The notes beneath the pieces were generated by a model, which saw nothing but the letters and a program-made list of their open reading frames with translations, was not told where the DNA came from and did no database searches. A DNA stretch of 40,451 nt, from IMG/VR virus record IMGVR_UViG_3300025263_000044, one strand, 5' to 3'. The first letter of the stretch is position 1. Every line of letters starts with the position of its first letter. This DNA comes from a virus. A program made the translations under genes and the position numbers. Positions 35,394-40,451 of the stretch are shown here, piece by piece.

Positions 35394-36146
35394 TTAATCG
35401 ATTACTGCGTCGGCTACAACTTCAGCCACAGCACCTGCTGCACCCGCAGATTCTTTGCTGGTCAGCAGCTTGTGGATGTGGACGGCGCCAATCACAGCCA
35501 GGAAGCCAGCCGCTTTGAAGCACAGGTGGGTGTACTGGCCAGCGATGCCATGCAGCCCCTCGATGTAACCGGACAGCAGCGGGTCGGAGATGACCATTTC
35601 AGCACCCACCCAGCCCAGCAAGCCTGCGCCGACCCAGATGATGATTGGATACTTGTTCATCAGGCCCATCAGACCGTTGGCACCGAACACGATTACCGGG
35701 ATGGACAGTACGATACCCGCGATGGCGTACATGGTGCTGTGCGCGCCAGCGCTGTTTGCGGCAGCGGTTACAGCCAGCACGTTATCCAGGCTCATCATAA
35801 AGTCGGCCACGATAATGGTCTTCACGGCGGTGAATACGCGGTCAGCGGCGGTCACGTTGTGGTCGTCTTCGTTGGCGACCAGCAGTTTGTAGCCCAGGAA
35901 CAGCAGGTAGGCGCCGGCCACCAGTTTCACGTAGGGCACGCCCATCAGGAAACCGGCGAATACCAACAGCAGGGCGCGCAGGCCTACAGCGCCAGCAGTA
36001 CCCCAGATGACAGCTTTAGTGCGAACTTCTTTCGGCAGGGCTGCGCAGGCCATCGCAATCACGATTGCGTTGTCGACGCCCAGCATGATGTCGATGCCGA
36101 TAATTTTGAAAATGGCGCCCCAGTCGATGGTGGACAAAAATTCCAT
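35394..36146 (-). CDS. terC: TerC/YjbE family membrane protein
   Basis: IDIMLGVDNAIVIA..IIVADFMMSLDNVLAV..SIPVIVFG. Confidence 0.92.
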   Translation of the reverse strand: MEFLSTIDWGAIFKIIGIDIMLGVDNAIVIAMACAALPKEVRTKAVIWGTAGAVGLRALLLVFAGFLMGVPYVKLVAGAYLLFLGYKLLVANEDDHNVTAADRVFTAVKTIIVADFMMSLDNVLAVTAAANSAGAHSTMYAIAGIVLSIPVIVFGANGLMGLMNKYPIIIWVGAGLLGWVGAEMVISDPLLSGYIEGLHGIAGQYTHLCFKAAGFLAVIGAVHIHKLLTSKESAGAAGAVAEVVADAVID

Positions 36147-36185
36147 AGATTTCCTCTGTGGTTAGTTAAGTTATGGAGAACTTTC

Positions 36186-36214
36186 AGTATATCGTAGACA
36201 GCATAAAACGTCAA
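36186..36214 (-). promoter_or_regulatory. sigma70 promoter of the ter operon
   Basis: Minus strand TTGACG-17 bp-TATACT. Confidence 0.7.
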
Positions 36215-36363
36215 GCTAATCCCTGCTAATAGTGGATATTCTCGAACGCTTCGAATTTAGTATACCACGGAAAGCATCAATTCATAAGCACTGCCCGCCA
36301 TCGGCTTCGCTCGCGACGCTATACACACGGCAGGCACCTGCCTGAATCTAGAGGAAGCTCAAA

Positions 36364-36642
36364 ATGCTAAAGTACATCGTGACGCCATTTATCTGTTTTG
36401 CTGTAGTGGGCATCGCATTTGCGCAGGCGCCCGCCGCGCGGCACACGAAACCCGAGTTCGAGCCGCGCACCCCGGTCAGTGCTGCTGCCCACATCCACGC
36501 ACAGGCTCAAAAGCCTGAGCTGCACATCTCTGTGGCTAAACCCCAGCGTCTTGACCTGGCTACCGGACGTGAGAGCATTCGGCCGCAGCTTCGCAAGGAG
36601 ATTCACGCAGAACTTCGCAAAGATGTAGCAATCGAGCGATAA
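36364..36642 (+). CDS. Small exported protein
   Basis: GAGG RBS; signal peptide ending AFA-Q. Confidence 0.6.
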   Translation: MLKYIVTPFICFAVVGIAFAQAPAARHTKPEFEPRTPVSAAAHIHAQAQKPELHISVAKPQRLDLATGRESIRPQLRKEIHAELRKDVAIER

Positions 36643-36677
36643 GCCTCGCGCCGGTACGCTACCGCGTAGTCGCAAAG

Positions 36678-36700
36678 AAAAAGCCCCTTTTCAGGGGCCT
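36678..36700 (-). terminator. Terminator after parC
   Basis: AAAAAGCCCC-TTTTCA-GGGGCCT on the + strand, so the U-tract is on the - strand. Confidence 0.65.
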
Positions 36701-36704
36701 AGTG

Positions 36705-39122
36705 TTAGATGTCTTCAGCATCTCCGAAGTCGACAGTCGGCACAGGGTTGCTTTCCGGCGCCGGTTTCTCTGGAGCTGGTGGCAGCACGGTCACAACAGC
36801 AGCGCCCAGAGTCGCCTGCATGCCCAGCGCAACAGCCTTGTCCGGCAGGGCGGCGCCCGCACGTGCACGCTTCCCTCGATGAGCCTGCAATTCCTTCCCG
36901 GTGAGTGTCGCCTGGGTCAGCTTCTTCTTTCCGGCCGGCGTGGTCGCCACCACCAGTTCAGCCACTGGCCGTTCGTACGCGACAGCGACCGTCAACGTAT
37001 CCTTGCCGTTCAAGCTCATCAACTGCATGCCGCGGCCTTTGGCCATCTGCTTGAGTTCCGCCAGCGGGAACACGAGCACTTTGCCGGCGCTCGAGCCAAC
37101 GGCAATTTCGCCACCCTGGTTCACGGCAGGTACAACTGATGGCGGCAACACCTGCTCACCGGATTCCATAGTCATGACGGCCTTACCGGCCTTTTTGCCA
37201 GTGACCAGCTCGGCGCCCGGGCAGATGAAACCATACCCGCCACTGTTCGCCAGGAAGTAATACGCGTTCGAGTCCAGTACGAAAGCGTGCGCCAGCTTGT
37301 TTGCCCCGAACTCGACGAACGAAGACAACGGAGAGCCATCCCCGCGGCCGGTAGGGAACACCGAGGCCGAAACGTTGTAGGCCCGACCAGAATGGTCAAG
37401 GAACACTACCGTGTGAGCGCTGCGGGTCTCGATGATGGTCAGCGCTTCATCGCCGGGCTTCCAAGTAAGCGCGGACAGGTCGGCTTTGTGGCCAACACGC
37501 GCGCGAAGCCATCCGGACTTGGAGATGATGAGGGTGACCGGGTCATCACTGGCCGCCACCACCGACGAGATGGTGATGCGCTCCGCAGACTCGATGAGCG
37601 TGCGCCGCGGGTCGCCAAACTTCTTGCGGTCTGCGGCAATTTCTTCAAGAATCTGGGTCGTCATTGCCGCACGGTTGTCGAGCAGCCCCTGCAAGAATTC
37701 GCCCTCGCGTTGTAGCTCGCCCATTTCGCCTTCGAGCTTAATGCGCTCCAGGTTGGCCAACTGGCGCAGGCGAATTTCCAGGATGTCGGTGGCCTGTATA
37801 TCGGACAGGCCGAACTTCATCATCAGTTCATCTTTGGGGTCTTCGGCACTCCGGATAATGCGGATGACCTCATCGATGTGCAAGAACGCGGTCATGCGGC
37901 CGGCCAGGATGTGCATGCGCGCGTGCACCTGTGCAAGACGGTGCTGTGTGCGGCGGGTGACCGTCAGGAAACGGAAGTCAATCCACTCTTGCAGGACCGA
38001 CATCAGTCCCTTCTGGCCTGGCTTGCCGTCGCGGCCGAGGGCCACCAGGTTCATTGCAAAATTCGATTCGAGACTGGTGTGGGCAAGCAGCACCTGCATC
38101 ACCTCATCCGGCGCCAGACGCGAACTGCGTGGTTCTATTACCAGACGTACTGGGTCCTTTCCGTCCGACTCGTTGTTGATTTTGTCGACGACCGAAAGGA
38201 CCAGCGTTTTCAGGTTGAGCTGGTCCTGGCTCAGGCTTTTCTTGTCCTTCTTGATTTGCGGATTGGTCAGGGCCTCGATTTCGGTCATGACGGCTTCGGT
38301 CGACGTGCCAGGTGGCAGCTCGGTGATGACGATTTGCCACTGGCCACGAGCCAGTGGCTCCACCTTCCAGCGTGCGCGCGTGCGCAGCGAACCGCGGCCG
38401 GTTTCGTATGCTTTAGCGATTTCCGCAGTTGGCGATATGACCTGAGCACCATTCGCAAAGTCAGGCCCAGGCATGATGGCCAGGATGTCAGCAAGGCTCG
38501 CATTCGGATTGCGAATAAGGTGCTCGCACGCCAGCGCTACCTCGGTGAGGTTGTGACTAGGGATTTCTGTTGCCATACCCACCGCGATACCGCTGGCGCC
38601 GTTGAGCAGAATCATCGGCAGGCGAGCAGGTAGGACACTCGGCTCCTGCTGCGTTCCGTCGTAGTTGGGCACGAAATCTACGGTGCCCATATCCAGCTCC
38701 CCCAGCAGTAATTCCGACAGCTTTGTCAGTCGTGCTTCGGTATACCGCATCGCTGCCGCGCCGTCACCGTCGCGCGAGCCGAAATTGCCCTGGCCGTCGA
38801 TAAGTGGATACCGCAACGTGAAGTCCTGAGCCATGCGCACGGCCGCGTCATAGACCGACGAGTCTCCATGCGGGTGGTAATTGCCGAGCACCTGTCCAAC
38901 CACAGCCGCGCATTTACGGTGCTTCGCGGTCGCGGTCAAGCCCATGCGGTCCATCGCATATAGGATGCGGCGCTGCACTGGCTTTTCGCCATCAGCAACG
39001 TCCGGCAATGCGCGGCCCAGCACAACGCTCATCGCGTAGTCGAGGTAAGCCTGTTCTGCATAGGCGCCCAGGTCAACCCGGGTTTCTTGCGTATTGGGCT
39101 CGAGATTGATGATTTCGGTCAT
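36705..39122 (-). CDS. parC: DNA topoisomerase IV subunit A
   Basis: [26 protein letters not shown], catalytic AAAMRYTE, beta-pinwheel CTD with no GyrA box seen. Confidence 0.95.
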   Translation of the reverse strand: MTEIINLEPNTQETRVDLGAYAEQAYLDYAMSVVLGRALPDVADGEKPVQRRILYAMDRMGLTATAKHRKCAAVVGQVLGNYHPHGDSSVYDAAVRMAQDFTLRYPLIDGQGNFGSRDGDGAAAMRYTEARLTKLSELLLGELDMGTVDFVPNYDGTQQEPSVLPARLPMILLNGASGIAVGMATEIPSHNLTEVALACEHLIRNPNASLADILAIMPGPDFANGAQVISPTAEIAKAYETGRGSLRTRARWKVEPLARGQWQIVITELPPGTSTEAVMTEIEALTNPQIKKDKKSLSQDQLNLKTLVLSVVDKINNESDGKDPVRLVIEPRSSRLAPDEVMQVLLAHTSLESNFAMNLVALGRDGKPGQKGLMSVLQEWIDFRFLTVTRRTQHRLAQVHARMHILAGRMTAFLHIDEVIRIIRSAEDPKDELMMKFGLSDIQATDILEIRLRQLANLERIKLEGEMGELQREGEFLQGLLDNRAAMTTQILEEIAADRKKFGDPRRTLIESAERITISSVVAASDDPVTLIISKSGWLRARVGHKADLSALTWKPGDEALTIIETRSAHTVVFLDHSGRAYNVSASVFPTGRGDGSPLSSFVEFGANKLAHAFVLDSNAYYFLANSGGYGFICPGAELVTGKKAGKAVMTMESGEQVLPPSVVPAVNQGGEIAVGSSAGKVLVFPLAELKQMAKGRGMQLMSLNGKDTLTVAVAYERPVAELVVATTPAGKKKLTQATLTGKELQAHRGKRARAGAALPDKAVALGMQATLGAAVVTVLPPAPEKPAPESNPVPTVDFGDAEDI

Positions 39123-39143
39123 GATTAATACTTTCGCAATGAA

Positions 39144-39923
39144 TTACTTCCCGGCGGCTCGGCGAGCGGCTTTTGCTCTTGTGATTTCCGCTTGCGCCTC
39201 AACGCGGTCGGCTTTACGCGCTTCAGCCAGGTCAGCGGACGAAATTGGCGTGAAGCGGCTCGGCCATTCAGGCGCAGGACGCGACCACTTTTCGCCCGGC
39301 TCGAACGGCCAGACGTGGGCGTAGTTGACCAACTCGGTCAGGTCCTCGGTGGACTTGGAGATGGATTCGAACTGGTAGATGCCACCATCTTGATGCCGAT
39401 ACAGCTGACCTGGCTGAAGCGTTCCTTGATAGACGAGCGCACGGTTTTGCACCAACTGAATAGCTACGCCGGCTGGACGGTCATCCTCGTTGACCTCGGC
39501 CAGGTCTTGTAAGACAGCCATGAGGGTCGCACCGTGCGCCAACGCAGCCTTGAGCGTGTTCCACAGGTCAGTGGTCCGTTGTGTCACGTGATAGGCTTCG
39601 TCGACGAGCACGAACGTGCCGTCCGCCATCTCAGGTAGTTGCAATTGCGATACGGTTAGCGGTGAGTCCAGGTCTTCAAGGTCAAACACATTGAAAGGCA
39701 TTGTGCCGAACTTTTGGACGGTGTAATGGCCCATCGCATGTACCTTGGTGCAGGTGCCGCCAAGGCATTTAGCCAAGCTGGCGTACGACCGGCCGCAGTC
39801 AAGCACTACGACATTTCGACCTGCGGCCAGGTTGTCGACGACGCGCTGCGTGGCAAAGATGTGCTTACCGGAGCCGGACCGGCCGATGATAAAGGTGCTC
39901 TTGGAAGATTCGATGAGTTTCAT
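39144..39923 (-). CDS. VirB4/HerA-like P-loop ATPase fragment fused to DUF1653
   Basis: GRSGSGKH Walker A, VLDCGRSY, LVDEAY Walker B; C-terminal YRHQDGGIY..STED..VNY..WSRP..RF. Confidence 0.65.
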   Translation of the reverse strand: MKLIESSKSTFIIGRSGSGKHIFATQRVVDNLAAGRNVVVLDCGRSYASLAKCLGGTCTKVHAMGHYTVQKFGTMPFNVFDLEDLDSPLTVSQLQLPEMADGTFVLVDEAYHVTQRTTDLWNTLKAALAHGATLMAVLQDLAEVNEDDRPAGVAIQLVQNRALVYQGTLQPGQLYRHQDGGIYQFESISKSTEDLTELVNYAHVWPFEPGEKWSRPAPEWPSRFTPISSADLAEARKADRVEAQAEITRAKAARRAAGK

Positions 39924-39935
39924 TGGGTAACACTT

Positions 39936-40451
39936 TCACTTATTGGTTTTGCTTATCAGGTACTTCTGTGAACCGAACAGTCCGCAGGTGAACAACCGCC
40001 AGTCGAGTTTGCTTAAGCTGCGGTATAGCGCGGCAGCTCGCAATTGATTCAACACCCACGGGTTAGGGATGAGCACATCCGTCGCCACGACCTCGAGTGG
40101 TCGACCAAACCATGCAGCCAGAAATAGGCCCACCGCAGCCGAGCGCGAAGCGCCATACTGACAGTGAACGGTCAGCGGGGCGCTGGCGTGCAAAGCGCTG
40201 AATTCCAGGCAAGCCCGGGCATGTGCAAGAGACATCACAGTAAAACCGCCGCCTTCGCGGTCAGTATCGTGAAAGCCCAGACGGAGTACGTCCGCATAGG
40301 CATCCAAGGAAGCTGGCGATTGCCTTGGGTTCGTGATAGAGATGCAGACCTCACCCGCGAAGGGCTTCCGCGATTCGGCGGTGCCGCGCGGCAGCACACG
40401 AATGACCCGCAGTTCCTCTATTTCGTGGGCGTTGCTTATCAATTCTTGCAT
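39936..40451 (-). CDS. Protein-tyrosine/dual-specificity phosphatase-like protein (start may lie outside the window)
   Basis: ISIT, LRLGFHD, VHCQYGASRS (CX5R), PNPWV. Confidence 0.8.
   Translation of the reverse strand: MQELISNAHEIEELRVIRVLPRGTAESRKPFAGEVCISITNPRQSPASLDAYADVLRLGFHDTDREGGGFTVMSLAHARACLEFSALHASAPLTVHCQYGASRSAAVGLFLAAWFGRPLEVVATDVLIPNPWVLNQLRAAALYRSLSKLDWRLFTCGLFGSQKYLISKTNK

Noticed and set aside
31537-38633. Long plus-strand ORFs opposite the ter genes and parC
   Set aside because: Shadow ORFs typical of GC-rich coding sequence; the opposite strand has clear family motifs.
1-40451. CRISPR array, IS element, integrase/att site at ssrA, phage structural genes
   Set aside because: No repeat-spacer arrays, transposase, integrase, duplicated tmRNA 3' end or virion protein motifs were recognised by eye.

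Overview
Gene-dense accessory region (roughly 57-60% GC by eye) of what looks like a large betaproteobacterial (Burkholderiales-like) extrachromosomal element, either a megaplasmid or a jumbo-phage-like replicon. No phage structural genes, rRNA, CRISPR array or transposase were recognised. It carries housekeeping-like copies (parC, HU, RNase HI, smpB), nucleotide-pool enzymes (MazG-like, dNMP kinase, HAD nucleotidase), RNA-repair-type enzymes (Rnl2-type ligase, pol-beta-type nucleotidyltransferase) and NAD/ADP-ribose enzymes (ADP-ribosylglycohydrolase, a four-domain SLOG/macro-like/NADAR/DUF4326 fusion, a candidate ART). It also has an ArdC-like protein, an SLT, a TerC-TelA-TerD-vWA operon and a vWA plus J-domain/kinase-like pair. 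The most striking non-coding feature is a circularly permuted (two-piece) tmRNA gene at about 22521-22920 (tag ANDDTFLMAA), with smpB 1.6 kb downstream. Its ~154-nt intervening segment folds into a separate tRNA-like unit with a canonical T-arm, whereas the tmRNA's own T-loop is degenerate. Other signals are a stand-alone promoter-to-terminator sRNA or leaderless micropeptide unit (7033-7188), a CTATAC motif repeatedly placed in sense orientation upstream of genes, a LexA box and a frameshifted gene. All family calls come from motif recognition by eye; no database search was run.
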